Assembly: GCA_049511615.1 (NCBI GenBank)
Contig: JBEKXW010000001.1
Location: forward strand, 222,052 to 286,051
Direction of reading: 5' to 3'
DNA: 64,000 bases
Source: Candidatus Dormibacteria bacterium
GTDB lineage: Bacteria; Chloroflexota; Dormibacteria; Aeolococcales; Aeolococcaceae
Shown piece by piece: positions 1 to 9,265 of the stretch. Made by a program: the position numbers and the translations under genes. The stretch's first letter is position 1; each line of letters starts with the position of its first letter. The notes beneath the pieces were generated by a model. The model was not told where the DNA came from and did not search any database. It saw only the letters and a list, made by a program, of their open reading frames with translations.

Positions 1-903
1 GTCGGAGCGGCGGGCGACACCCTCTTCGTCGCCGAGACCCGCGAGGGCATCGTGGGCTTCATCCAGGCGCAGGCCTCCGGAGATCGGGCGGGCACGCTGC
101 AGATCCTCAACCTGTGCGTCGCCGCGAGCGCGAGCGGCCACTTCGCCCGCGCTCAGCTGCTCACCCACCTGACCAACCACGGCCTGGAGCACGGCATCCA
201 GCGCTTCGTGGTCCGGCTGCCGCTCGATCACCCGCTGGTCGGCACCTTCCTGGAGCAGGGTTTCGTCCAGCTGGCGACGGAGCAGATCCTCTACAGCGAC
301 GACGCCCCGCTCACCCCCCAGACCGCCCGCAGCGTCAGTCTCCGCCCCGCCCGGCCGGAGGACGTGGGGGCGATCTACCTCCTCTACCTGCGCAGCACAC
401 CCTCCCACGTCGCCGGCCTAGAGGGGTCCTCCCTCAAGGCCTGGCAGTCCAGCTTCGCCGAGGGCGCCATGACCCGGTTGAGCCACGACGACATCCGCCA
501 CTTCGTGGTCGAGGAACCCGGGGTCGTCGCCTGGGCGGCCATCCGCGCGGCGTCGGCCACCCGGCCGACCCTGCTCTCCTTGATGTGCGACGGGCACAAC
601 CCGCGGCTCCGCGAGGCGGTGATCGATGCCGCGCTCCGGGAGCTGCCGCCGGGCCCCGTCTCCTCGGTGCTCCGCCACTACGACTCCGAGCTGATCCGAG
701 GCCTCCAGAAGCGCGGCTTCGCCATCTACGGAACCCAGGTCCTGCTGGTCCGCGACCTCGCCAGCAAGGTGAGGATCCGCGCCGTCCAGACGCGCAAGAA
801 GCCGGTCCTGGTCCACGCCCATCTGGCCCAATCGGTGCCCGGCGACCCCGCTCCCAGCCTCAGGGTCCTCAGCCGGAGGAGCGAGCGATCGCCGCTCCCG
901 TGA
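1..903 (+). CDS. GNAT-family N-acetyltransferase (5' end cut by window edge)
   Basis: Frame 1 is open from nt 1 ([24 protein letters not shown]...LQILNLCV), a typical GNAT core. A second acetyltransferase-like half follows ([15 protein letters not shown]). Stop TGA 901-903 overlaps the GTG of the next gene. Confidence 0.7.
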   Translation, partial: VGAAGDTLFVAETREGIVGFIQAQASGDRAGTLQILNLCVAASASGHFARAQLLTHLTNHGLEHGIQRFVVRLPLDHPLVGTFLEQGFVQLATEQILYSDDAPLTPQTARSVSLRPARPEDVGAIYLLYLRSTPSHVAGLEGSSLKAWQSSFAEGAMTRLSHDDIRHFVVEEPGVVAWAAIRAASATRPTLLSLMCDGHNPRLREAVIDAALRELPPGPVSSVLRHYDSELIRGLQKRGFAIYGTQVLLVRDLASKVRIRAVQTRKKPVLVHAHLAQSVPGDPAPSLRVLSRRSERSPLP

Positions 904-2564
904 ACCCGCGTCCCGGGACCCCGGCTCCGTACGGTCCCGCCTGGAGGGAGGAGCTGGCGCTCCTCTTCGACGCCCTCCCTCCCCGGGTGGCCTCGGCGAC
1001 CCAGGTCGCGGCGGCGGACCGCGGCGACCTCCTCGAGGTGGTCCTCGACCTCGGCCGCGAGCCCGAGGCCCGGTTCGTCGACGGCGAGGTCATCCTCGAC
1101 CGGGTGCCGGTGACCCACGCCGACATCCAGTACGTGGTCGAGCGGGTGGGCGACTTCGGCGATGACAACCGGGCCGGGATCGAGCGCACCCTGCACCGCA
1201 TCAGCGCGATCCGCAACCGCGCCGGCACCATCGTCGGCCTCACCTGCAGGGTCGGCCGGGCGGTGACCGGGACCATCGACATCATCAAGGACATCGTGGT
1301 CCAGGGTCGCTCCATCCTCCTGCTCGGGGCCCCCGGGATCGGCAAGACCACCATGCTCCGCGAGTGCGCCCGGGTGCTCAGCGACGACGAGGGCAAGCGG
1401 GTGGTCATCGTCGACACCTCCAACGAGATCGGCGGCGACGGCGACATCCCCCATCCCGGCATCGGTCGCTCCCGGAGGATGCAGGTCCAGACCCCGACCA
1501 AGCAGCACGCGGTGATGATCGAGGCGGTGGAGAACCACATGCCCCAGGTGATCGTCATCGACGAGATCGGCACCGAGCTGGAGGCGGCCGCGGCCCGGAC
1601 CATCGCCGAGCGCGGCGTGCAGCTGGTGGGAACCGCCCACGGCATGAGCCTCGACAACCTGCTGGTCAACCCCACCCTCAACGACCTGCTCGGCGGCATC
1701 CAGACGGTCACCCTCTCCGACGAGGAGGCGCGCCGCCGCGGGACCCAGAAGTCCGTGCTGGAGCGCAAGGCGCCGCCCACCTTCGACGTCCTCGTGGAGA
1801 TCCAGCAGCGCGACCGCGTCGCGGTCCACATGCCGGTCGCTGAGACCGTCGACGAGGCCCTCCGCGGCCAGTACAAGCCACCCCAGATCCGGATGCGCGG
1901 CGACGCCGGGCAGATCATCAGCCGGATCGAGACCGGAGGGCCGCCCAGCCAGTTCGAGCCGCCTCCCTTCGGCGGGGGGCGCCGGGGGCGCGAGCGGGAT
2001 CGGCGCCACCGCGGCTTCGACGTCGAGCAGTACATCGCCAACCAGCAGCGCAGCCGCCGGGAGCCCGGGGAGCGCCCGGGCAACGGCTCGCCCCGACCCG
2101 GACAGCCGCTGTCGATCTTCCCCTACGGGGTCTCGCGCAGCTACCTGGAGCAGTCGGTGCGCGAGCTCAAGCTGCCGGTGCGCATCCAGCACCACGTCGA
2201 GGATTCCGACATCGTCCTGACCCTCAAGAGCTACTACCGGCGCAAGGACTCCCCGGTGCGCGTCGCCGAGTCGTCGGGCATCCCCATCGAGGTGCTGCGG
2301 AGCAATACGGTCTCCCAGATCAAGGGGGCCCTGGCCCGGGTCTACGGCGTCGAGGCGCAGGACCCCACCGAGTCCGCGCTCGAGGAGGCGCTGGAGGGGA
2401 TCAACCGCGCCCGGCAGCTCGGCGCCGAGGTCGAGCTCTCCCCTCAGAACGCCCATGTCCGGCGCCTTCAGCATCAATTGGTCGGCGAGCACGAGATGGT
2501 CGCCCGCAGCACCGGGGAGGAGCCGAACCGGCACCTGGTGATCCTCGGCCCCGACGAGGCCTGA
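900..2564 (+). CDS. R3H-domain AAA ATPase (Ycf45/SpoIIIAA-like)
   Basis: Walker A '[12 protein letters not shown]' and Walker B 'VIVIDEIG'. C-terminal R3H-like '[23 protein letters not shown]'. GTG at 900 forms a GTGA overlap with the GNAT stop; the listed 114-899 extension overlaps the GNAT gene in another frame. Confidence 0.85.
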   Translation: MNPRPGTPAPYGPAWREELALLFDALPPRVASATQVAAADRGDLLEVVLDLGREPEARFVDGEVILDRVPVTHADIQYVVERVGDFGDDNRAGIERTLHRISAIRNRAGTIVGLTCRVGRAVTGTIDIIKDIVVQGRSILLLGAPGIGKTTMLRECARVLSDDEGKRVVIVDTSNEIGGDGDIPHPGIGRSRRMQVQTPTKQHAVMIEAVENHMPQVIVIDEIGTELEAAAARTIAERGVQLVGTAHGMSLDNLLVNPTLNDLLGGIQTVTLSDEEARRRGTQKSVLERKAPPTFDVLVEIQQRDRVAVHMPVAETVDEALRGQYKPPQIRMRGDAGQIISRIETGGPPSQFEPPPFGGGRRGRERDRRHRGFDVEQYIANQQRSRREPGERPGNGSPRPGQPLSIFPYGVSRSYLEQSVRELKLPVRIQHHVEDSDIVLTLKSYYRRKDSPVRVAESSGIPIEVLRSNTVSQIKGALARVYGVEAQDPTESALEEALEGINRARQLGAEVELSPQNAHVRRLQHQLVGEHEMVARSTGEEPNRHLVILGPDEA

Positions 2565-2568
2565 CCCA

Positions 2569-2709
2569 GAAGGCGTCCTGGGCGTCCATCTCTGCGTCAG
2601 CTCCATGCTGCGAGGTCGCCGGCCCGTGGGGCCGCCGCCGGTCACGCACGTCAGTGCGCTCCCTTCCTGCGCTGCTCGCTTCCTTGATCTGAACGCCCAG
2701 GACGCCTTC
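2569..2709. repeat. perfect 17-bp long-range inverted repeat bracketing a 107-nt spacer
   Basis: GAAGGCGTCCTGGGCGT (2569-2585) and ACGCCCAGGACGCCTTC (2693-2709). The spacer holds an inner hairpin, CGCAC-GTCA-GTGCG, at 2646-2659. It lies between the R3H-ATPase stop and the tmk promoter. Confidence 0.6.
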
Positions 2710-2739
2710 CGATCTCCGCGCCGGCCACGGCGCGGGGCT

Positions 2740-2745
2740 CATACT
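2740..2745 (+). promoter_or_regulatory. -10-like box CATACT, 8 nt upstream of tmk GTG (leaderless candidate)
   Basis: A2/T6 of the TANNNT pattern are present; no SD between box and start. Confidence 0.3.
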
Positions 2746-2753
2746 CGCTCCCC

Positions 2754-3425
2754 GTGTCGTCCTGGCCGGGTTTCTTCATCTCTCTCGAGGGGATCGACGG
2801 CGCCGGCAAGAGCACCCAGGGGGCGGCCCTGGCGGGCGAGCTCAGCCGCGCCGGCCACGCTGTCGTCACCCTGCGGCCCAGCGACACCCAGCTCGGCGAC
2901 CTGGTCCGCGGCTACCTGCTCCAGCACCACACGGTCCGGGTCGACCCCTGGACCGAGGCCCTGCTCTTCACCGCGGGGCGGGTCCAGCTTCTCCGCGAGC
3001 GGATCCTGCCGGCGCTTGCGGCCGGGTCGGTGGTGATCGCCGACCGCTATGCCGACTCCACCCTCGCCTACCAGGGCGCCGGGCGGGGGCTTCCCGTCGC
3101 CGCGCTCCAGCGGCTCCACGCCCAGGCCTGCACGGATGTCTGGCCGGATCTGACCTTCCTGCTCGAGATCCCCCGTCAGATCGCCGAGGACCGGCAGCGC
3201 TCGCAGCAGCTCCCCCTCGACCGCTTCGAGTCCGCCGCCGACAGGTTCCACCTCGCCGTCCAGAGGGGCTTCGAGGAGCTGGCCGCGGCGGACCCCGGCC
3301 GGATCGTGCGCATCGACGCCAACCGTCCCCCCGCCGTCATCGTCGCCGAGATGCGCGACGTGACCCACCGGCGGCTCGCTGAGCGCGGGGTGGTGGCTCC
3401 CGGCACGGAGGGGGTGAGCTCATGA
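2754..3425 (+). CDS. tmk: thymidylate kinase
   Basis: 'FISLEGIDGAGKSTQ' P-loop and 'DRYADSTLAYQG' motif; length 223 aa. Confidence 0.93.
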   Translation: MSSWPGFFISLEGIDGAGKSTQGAALAGELSRAGHAVVTLRPSDTQLGDLVRGYLLQHHTVRVDPWTEALLFTAGRVQLLRERILPALAAGSVVIADRYADSTLAYQGAGRGLPVAALQRLHAQACTDVWPDLTFLLEIPRQIAEDRQRSQQLPLDRFESAADRFHLAVQRGFEELAAADPGRIVRIDANRPPAVIVAEMRDVTHRRLAERGVVAPGTEGVSS

Positions 3426-3769
3426 GGCTGGTCGTCGCCATCCTCCACACCAAGGACGCCGACGGGTGCGTCACCGCCCTGAACGACGCCGGTTTCCCCT
3501 GCACCCGTCTGGGCAGCCTCGGCGGATTCCTGGACCGGGACAACGCAACCCTGCTGGTCGGGGTCGAGGCGGCGAAGGTGGACGAGGTGGTCGAGATTCT
3601 CCGCGGCCGTTCCAAGCGGCGCCACGAGCGCCTCCGCGCCACCCCGCCGGCGGGGCCGGGGACAGGCCCGGACGGCCCGAGCGGGTCGGGCGCGCCGCAC
3701 CCGGTCGACGTGGAGGTGGGCGGGGCCACCGTCTTCGTTCTTCAGGTCGATCGCTTCGAGCGCCTCTGA
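3422..3769 (+). CDS. darA: PII-like cyclic-di-AMP receptor (DarA/YaaQ family)
   Basis: 'MRLVVAILHTKDA...' and C-terminal 'VDVEVGGATVFVLQVDRFE' match the YaaQ/DarA pattern. ATGA overlap with tmk; tmk-yaaQ synteny as in Bacillus. Confidence 0.8.
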   Translation: MRLVVAILHTKDADGCVTALNDAGFPCTRLGSLGGFLDRDNATLLVGVEAAKVDEVVEILRGRSKRRHERLRATPPAGPGTGPDGPSGSGAPHPVDVEVGGATVFVLQVDRFERL

Positions 3770-3930
3770 CCGTTCGCGCGGCAGGGACCAGCGACGACGA
3801 CTCGAGGCGTCATCGGTGGCGATTCCATGACTTGGTGATCCACCATCGGCCTCCTGTATGCTGCCGGCGAGCCGCCGTCGGCGCGGTCACCCGGGGTCGC
3901 ACCGAGCATCCGGCGACCGGAGGCGTTCCC

Positions 3931-5301
3931 ATGCGACCGAGTCGATCCCTCGCCGCCGTTCCCGCCGCCGCCGCGGCACTCCTCCTCGCCACCGCCGCAC
4001 CGGCGGGCGCAACCGCCACGGGCAGCGGCGTCATGGCGTTCGGCGAGACCGGCTCTCCCCAGTCCTTCACCGTGCCGCCCGGCGTGGTCGGGGTCACCGT
4101 CAATCTCACCGGCGGCAGCGGCGGCTCCGGGTGGGATGAGGGCGATGGATCGGAGGTCGTCGGCGCGCCCGGCGGCTGGGTGACGGCATCGCTCGCCACC
4201 ACGCCCGGAGCGAGCCTCGAGGTCGTGGTGGGAGGCGAGGGCACCAACGGAACCGGCGCCGCGGAGGGTGGCGGCGGCTACAACGGCGGGGGCAACGGCT
4301 CCTTCGCCGACGGCGCTTTCGGGGGCGGCGGGGGCGGCGGGGCCACCGACATCCGCAGTGGGTCCTGCGCCGCGTCGCTGTCGTGCGACGACTCCACCCG
4401 GGTCCTGGTTGCCGGCGGTGGAGGGGGGACCGCCGGTGGGGCGGGATACGCGGCCCCGGGCGGAGCGGGAGGTGGCCCGACCGGCACGGCGGGCGGCGGG
4501 CTCGGTGATGGCACGACCGGTGGCGGCGGGGGGACCCAGAGCGCTGCGGGTGCCGGGGGGACGGGTGGCGTAGCCCTCGCCTCCGGCGTGGCGGGGAGCG
4601 GCGCCACCGGCGGCGCCGGCGCGGGCGGCGGGGCCGGCGGGGGTGGTGGCTACTGGGGAGGGGGAGGTGGCGGGGAGTCGTCGGCTGACAACGGCAGTGG
4701 GGGCGGTGGCGGCAGCGGCTACGCTCCCGCCAGCGCTTACTCCGGCAGCTGGGTGGGCGGGGACGGCAGCGCGACCATCTACTGGATGACGGCGACCGCC
4801 GTCAGCATCACGGTGGGAGGGTCGGTGACCCTGACCGCCAGCCAGCCCGGGCTGGTCGGTGGCCCCGGCGTCTTCGGCGCGCCGGTGGGGCGCACCGAGA
4901 CGTTCACGGTGGGGACGACGGACCTCTGCGATGACGTCGCGGTGGGCACCGACGGGACCGCCACCTGCACGACCTCCGCCCTGCCGGTGGGGACCGACGA
5001 CGTCACGGCCACCGAGAGTGGGGTGGCCGTGACCGCATTCAACGCGCAAGATCCGGTGCTGCCGTTCGAGGGCACCACCGAGGTCTTCGAGGTCGACGTG
5101 ACGGCGGCGGCGCCCAGCCCCACCCCGACCCCGACCGCGAGCGCGAGCGCGGCCGCCACCGCGACGGCGACCCCTGCTCCGGCGACGGTGCCGGCGGCCG
5201 GCGCGGGGAGCCCGGGAGCGCCGCCGACGGCCGCCTTGCTCCTGGTGCTGGGCGGTGGCATCCTGATCGCCGCCTCGCGGCGGTTCCGGCGGGCGCGCTG
5301 A
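3931..5301 (+). CDS. secreted glycine-rich (ALK/LTK GRD-like) surface protein with Ig-like domain and C-terminal TM anchor
   Basis: ATG 3931 with GGAGG 7 nt upstream. Signal peptide 'MRPSRSLAAVPAAAAALLLATAAPAGA'. Long poly-Gly blocks (GGGGYNGGGNG, GGGGGGATDIR, GGGGGYWGGGGGG). Ig-like segment, then 'PSPTPTPTASASAAATATATP' linker and hydrophobic tail 'ALLLVLGGGILIAASRRFRRAR'. Confidence 0.75.
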   Translation: MRPSRSLAAVPAAAAALLLATAAPAGATATGSGVMAFGETGSPQSFTVPPGVVGVTVNLTGGSGGSGWDEGDGSEVVGAPGGWVTASLATTPGASLEVVVGGEGTNGTGAAEGGGGYNGGGNGSFADGAFGGGGGGGATDIRSGSCAASLSCDDSTRVLVAGGGGGTAGGAGYAAPGGAGGGPTGTAGGGLGDGTTGGGGGTQSAAGAGGTGGVALASGVAGSGATGGAGAGGGAGGGGGYWGGGGGGESSADNGSGGGGGSGYAPASAYSGSWVGGDGSATIYWMTATAVSITVGGSVTLTASQPGLVGGPGVFGAPVGRTETFTVGTTDLCDDVAVGTDGTATCTTSALPVGTDDVTATESGVAVTAFNAQDPVLPFEGTTEVFEVDVTAAAPSPTPTPTASASAAATATATPAPATVPAAGAGSPGAPPTAALLLVLGGGILIAASRRFRRAR

Positions 5302-5362
5302 CCCGCGGCATCCGCCTCGTCCCGCTTCCCACCGCCGGCGGAGGGGTCCGCCGGAGACGGGT

Positions 5363-5959
5363 TCAGCGTGCGTCCACCAGCACCTCGTCCAGCCCCACCA
5401 CCCGCTCGACCCGGGTGCCGCTGAGGTGGACGCGAACCCCGCGCACCCCGGCGGCACCGGGTGCGCCGGGCTCCCATCCCTCCGCGTAGAGGTCGCGGGC
5501 CTCACCCCAGGTCGCGGCGCTGCGGAGCTGCCGGCCGTCGGTGAAGCCGAGGATGCCCGGACGGCCTGGATATCCGAAGCCCACCTCGCCGCCGCTGGCA
5601 AGGTACGCGCGCACCGCGGCCAGCGGCCGGTCCTCCGGAAGCAGCGACGGCTCGGCCTGCAGGGCGGCGGCAAGGCTCGGCATCTCCGCGCTCCCCGCCA
5701 GCTCGCGCACCGAGACCCGGGCGGCATGCCGCTCCGCCCGCTCCCGGCGGCGCCGCTCGGTGGCGATCTCCTCCCGCCGGGCGCGGATCTCGCCGAGCTG
5801 GCGATCGTACGGGGCCATCGCCGTCCGGGTGGCCCGCTCGGCCACGGCCAGGCGGGCGGCCTCGGCCTCCAGGGCGTCCGCGTCCAGGTCCCGCAGCGCC
5901 TCGGGCTCGACCCGGGCGGGCAGGGGGGGCGGGGGGATCGGCGCGTTCATCTCGGTCAT
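5363..5959 (-). CDS. hypothetical protein (coiled-coil N-terminus plus C-terminal globular domain)
   Basis: 198-aa ORF with GAGGG 3 nt upstream of the ATG. Arg/Glu-rich helical segment 'EIRARREEIATERRRRERAERH'. No family recognised. Confidence 0.55.
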   Translation of the reverse strand: MTEMNAPIPPPPLPARVEPEALRDLDADALEAEAARLAVAERATRTAMAPYDRQLGEIRARREEIATERRRRERAERHAARVSVRELAGSAEMPSLAAALQAEPSLLPEDRPLAAVRAYLASGGEVGFGYPGRPGILGFTDGRQLRSAATWGEARDLYAEGWEPGAPGAAGVRGVRVHLSGTRVERVVGLDEVLVDAR

Positions 5960-6143
5960 CGGCCCTCATCATGGCGCGGGCGCCGGCTTCACCGGGGACG
6001 ATCGCCATGGCCGGGGACCGGTTGTGGAACTGAGGTGACGGGGGGGAAACGGCCGATCGAGCGCCGCCGCACCTCGGGGTAGGCTCGATTCGCTCACACC
6101 GCGTTTGACGGGGTATTCCCGTCCGGGAGATCTGAGGTTGGCG

Positions 6144-8318
6144 ATGCTCGCCAGCGCCGACGAACGGCGCCCGGCTGGCCCGCGCACGGGGAAGCGGCTG
6201 TACCTCGCCGCCGAGGCCCGGGCGCTCGCCCAGGGCATCCCCGACGGCCTGCTCCTGGTCGACCGCCGGGGTCGCATCCTCTTCGCCAACGACCGCCTGC
6301 TGGCGATGACCGGGTACGCCGACGCCGACCTCGTCGGCGCCCCGGTCGAGGTGCTCGTACCCGTGGCGCTGAGGCCGGCGCACGTGCGCCACCGGCGGGC
6401 CTTCACGACCGGCCCGGCACACCGTCCCTCGGGGACGACGGGTGACGCCTTCAGCGTCCGGCGGGCGGATGGCACCACGTTCCCCGCCGACATCGCCCTG
6501 AACTCGACGCGATGGGGGGACCGTGATCTGGTCGTCGTCGTGGTCAGCGACCACACCGCCCGCCGGTGGGCCGAGGACCTGCGCTCGATGCAGTTCACCG
6601 TCACGCGCATTCTCAGCGAGGCCGCCTCCCTGGCGGAAGCGGGGCCGCCGCTGCTCGACGTCATCGGCCGGACGCTGCACATGGAGTTCGGCGAGCTCCG
6701 GATGCTGGAGCCCGGCGGCGGGCTCCGTCTCACCTGCGCCTGGTCCTCACCGGAGATCACGGCCGCCGGCCGCGAGGCCTACGAGGCGAGGTCGCGCGAG
6801 CTCCTCGTGACCGCGCGCGCGGGCCTTCCCGTCCCGGAGACCCCTGCCGGGGTCACCCTGCCCGTCCTCCGCGACGGGCAGGTCAGCGCGGTCTTTCGTT
6901 TTTTCGGCCGGCCGGGCCGGGCCGTGCCGCCCGACGCCGAGGGCAGCGTGAGGAACATCGGTGACCAGATCGGCCATTTCGTTCAGCGCCGCCAGGCGGA
7001 GGCCGCGCTGGAGGAGAGCATCGCCCGGCTCGCCGAGGTCGCCGCCACCGATCCGCTGACCGGGATTCGGAACCGGCGCGAGTTTGACCGCCTCCTGGCC
7101 ACCGTCCCCCGGCGGCGCTTCGCCGTCCTCGCCGCGGACGTCGACAACCTGAAGCGGCTCAACGACGAGTTCGGCCACGAGGCGGGCAACGTGGCCCTGC
7201 GCGCGGTCGCCTCCAGCCTGGTCGCCGCGTTGCGCGGCTGGGACATCGTGGCGCGGACCGGCGGCGACGAGTTCTCGATGCTGATGTCCGACGTCACCGC
7301 CCAGGAGGCCGCCCGCGCGGCCGAAAGGGTGCGCAGCGTCGTGAAGGCGATCTCGGTCTCCTACGGCCAGGTCACCATCAGCGTCGGATGGGCGACAGGC
7401 CCGGCCGGTGCCGACCCCCGCGCCGCCCTGGACCTCGCCGACGCCCATCTCTACGAGGCGAAGCGCGCCGGCCGCGATCGGGTGGTCGGGGCCCCGATGA
7501 GCCGGCGCGGGGGCCGGGCCGCGCGCCGCTCCGAATGGTCGGTGCGGATCGAGCGGATCCTCGCGGAGCGGGACCTCACCTTCCTCTACCAGCCGATCGT
7601 GCGACTCGGCCACGGCGCCGTGCTCGGCCATGAGGCCCTCGCCCGCCCCCGGGGCTTCGGTGCCGCCGACAGCGTGGAGGACCTCTTCGCCGAGGCGCAC
7701 CGCACCGGGCGGATCCGCGACATCGATTGGCTCTGCCGCCAGCTGGCGATCGCCGCCGTCCCCTGGCCGGTGGACGGTGACTGGTCTCTCTTCCTCAATG
7801 TCAACGCGGTCCCGCTGCTCGACCCCGTGCACGGCGTCGACCAGATGCTGCTGGTCCTGGAGGCGTCGGGCGCCCGGGCCCACCAGGTGGTCCTGGAGAT
7901 CACCGAACGGGAGCTGATCTCCGACCTGGACAGGGTGCGCGAGGTCCTCGCCTCGTACCGGGAGCAGGGCTTCCGCTTCGCCCTCGACGACGTCGGCGAG
8001 GGGCACTCCACCCTGGAGCTGCTGGCGGCGGCCCGCCCCGAGTACATCAAGATCGCGCGCAGCCTGACCATGACCTCCTCCCACTCCAGCTCCCGTGCCG
8101 CCATCCGGGCGGCCGTCGCCTTCGCCCAGGCCAGCGGGGCGGAGGTGATCGCCGAGGGCGTGGAGAACGAGTTCGTCGCCGCCCAGATGGTGGCGATGGG
8201 TGTCGGCCTCGGCCAGGGGACGTGGCTCGGCCGGCCCGCGAGCCTTGCGGGAGGCGCCCGCCAGAGGGAGCTGATGGGGATCGGCAGGCGCTGGAGGCCG
8301 GTTGCCACGATCCGCTGA
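6144..8318 (+). CDS. PAS-GAF-GGDEF-EAL signalling protein (diguanylate cyclase/phosphodiesterase)
   Basis: PAS 'LLLVDRRGRILFANDRLLAMTGY'. GGDEF 'DPLTGIRNRREF...ARTGGDEFSML'. EAL domain 'YQPIV...HEALARP', 'DDVGEG', 'IAEGVEN'. ATG 6144 preceded by GAGG; TTG 6105 is an alternative start. Confidence 0.9.
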   Translation: MLASADERRPAGPRTGKRLYLAAEARALAQGIPDGLLLVDRRGRILFANDRLLAMTGYADADLVGAPVEVLVPVALRPAHVRHRRAFTTGPAHRPSGTTGDAFSVRRADGTTFPADIALNSTRWGDRDLVVVVVSDHTARRWAEDLRSMQFTVTRILSEAASLAEAGPPLLDVIGRTLHMEFGELRMLEPGGGLRLTCAWSSPEITAAGREAYEARSRELLVTARAGLPVPETPAGVTLPVLRDGQVSAVFRFFGRPGRAVPPDAEGSVRNIGDQIGHFVQRRQAEAALEESIARLAEVAATDPLTGIRNRREFDRLLATVPRRRFAVLAADVDNLKRLNDEFGHEAGNVALRAVASSLVAALRGWDIVARTGGDEFSMLMSDVTAQEAARAAERVRSVVKAISVSYGQVTISVGWATGPAGADPRAALDLADAHLYEAKRAGRDRVVGAPMSRRGGRAARRSEWSVRIERILAERDLTFLYQPIVRLGHGAVLGHEALARPRGFGAADSVEDLFAEAHRTGRIRDIDWLCRQLAIAAVPWPVDGDWSLFLNVNAVPLLDPVHGVDQMLLVLEASGARAHQVVLEITERELISDLDRVREVLASYREQGFRFALDDVGEGHSTLELLAAARPEYIKIARSLTMTSSHSSSRAAIRAAVAFAQASGAEVIAEGVENEFVAAQMVAMGVGLGQGTWLGRPASLAGGARQRELMGIGRRWRPVATIR

Positions 8319-8430
8319 TCAGGTCTCGCCGGCGGCGTCACCAGCCGGGCCGCGCCGGTCCGGCCATGGCGCCACCCCCACCCGGTGCGGTATGACGGCC
8401 ACACCCACCTGCGAGCAGGAGTGCCAGCCC

Positions 8431-9204
8431 ATGGCCGAGATCACCGGCGCGATCCGCGCCGAGCGCGAAGGGGCCGTAGCCCTCGTCACCATCGTCCACC
8501 CCCCGGTCAACGCCATCAGCCGGGGGGTCGCCGCCGGCATCCTCGAGGCGCTCACCGCGGCGGAGGAGGATCCCGACTGCCGCGCGCTGATCGTCACCGG
8601 CGAGGGCGAGCGCTACTTCTCGGCGGGCGCCGACCTGACCGAGTTCCCCGGGGGCGCGGCGGGCGGGGTGGCCGGCTCGGACGAGGTGACCCGCAGGCTG
8701 GAGGCGTCGCGCCTGCCCGTGGTCGCCGCCGTCAACGGCATCGCCTACGGTGGCGGGTGCGAGATCGCCCTGGCCTGCGACCTGCGGATCTGCGCTGAGG
8801 ACGCCCGCTTCGGTCAGCCGGAGATCAAGCTCGGCATCATGCCTGGATGGGGCGGCACCCAGCGGCTGCCCCGGCTGGTGGGCAGGGGACCGGCGCTCGA
8901 GATGCTTCTCACCGGGGACCCGATCGGGGCGGCGCGCGCGCTCGAATGGGGCCTGGTCACCCAGGTCGTGCCCCCGGACCGTCTCCGGGAGGAGGCCCTG
9001 GCCCGGGCGGGGCTGCTGGCCCAGCGGCCGCCGCTGGCGGTCGCCGCCATCAAGCGGGCGGTCCACCGGGGCCTCGACGGAGCCCTCGACGCCGGGCTGC
9101 GCCGCGAGCAGGAGGAGTTCGGCCGGCTGCTCGGCAGCGAGGACGCCGGGGAAGGACTCTCCGCCTTCCTGGAGAAGCGCCCGCCCACCTGGCGCGGCCG
9201 GTGA
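8431..9204 (+). CDS. enoyl-CoA hydratase/isomerase (crotonase family)
   Basis: 'VALVTIVHPPVNAIS', 'FSAGADL', 'AAVNGIAYGGGCEIALACDLRI' and 'PEIKLGIMPGWGGTQRLPRLVG'. AGGAG lies upstream of ATG 8431. Confidence 0.9.
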   Translation: MAEITGAIRAEREGAVALVTIVHPPVNAISRGVAAGILEALTAAEEDPDCRALIVTGEGERYFSAGADLTEFPGGAAGGVAGSDEVTRRLEASRLPVVAAVNGIAYGGGCEIALACDLRICAEDARFGQPEIKLGIMPGWGGTQRLPRLVGRGPALEMLLTGDPIGAARALEWGLVTQVVPPDRLREEALARAGLLAQRPPLAVAAIKRAVHRGLDGALDAGLRREQEEFGRLLGSEDAGEGLSAFLEKRPPTWRGR

Positions 9205-9265
9205 CGCTCCACGCCACCGGCGGTGCGGGGGACCCGACCCGCCCCCGGCCGGGGCGCGGACGCCG

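Noticed and set aside
114-899. 5' extension of listed ORF 114-2564
   Set aside because: It overlaps the GNAT gene in a different frame and is Pro/Arg-rich. The real start is GTG 900, coupled to the GNAT stop.
726-2645. 639-aa minus-strand ORF (plus 869-2083 and others) antisense to the R3H-ATPase gene
   Set aside because: It is a typical GC-rich shadow frame. The composition is Arg/Gly/Pro/Ala-dominated with no motifs, and it fully overlaps a gene with clear Walker and R3H motifs on the other strand.
3466-3930. 5' extension of the glycine-rich protein ORF, and the 3742-5727 minus ORF (661 aa)
   Set aside because: The extension overlaps darA and is Arg/Pro-rich, while a signal peptide begins exactly at ATG 3931. 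The minus ORF is antisense to the Gly-rich gene and to 5363-5959 in another frame.
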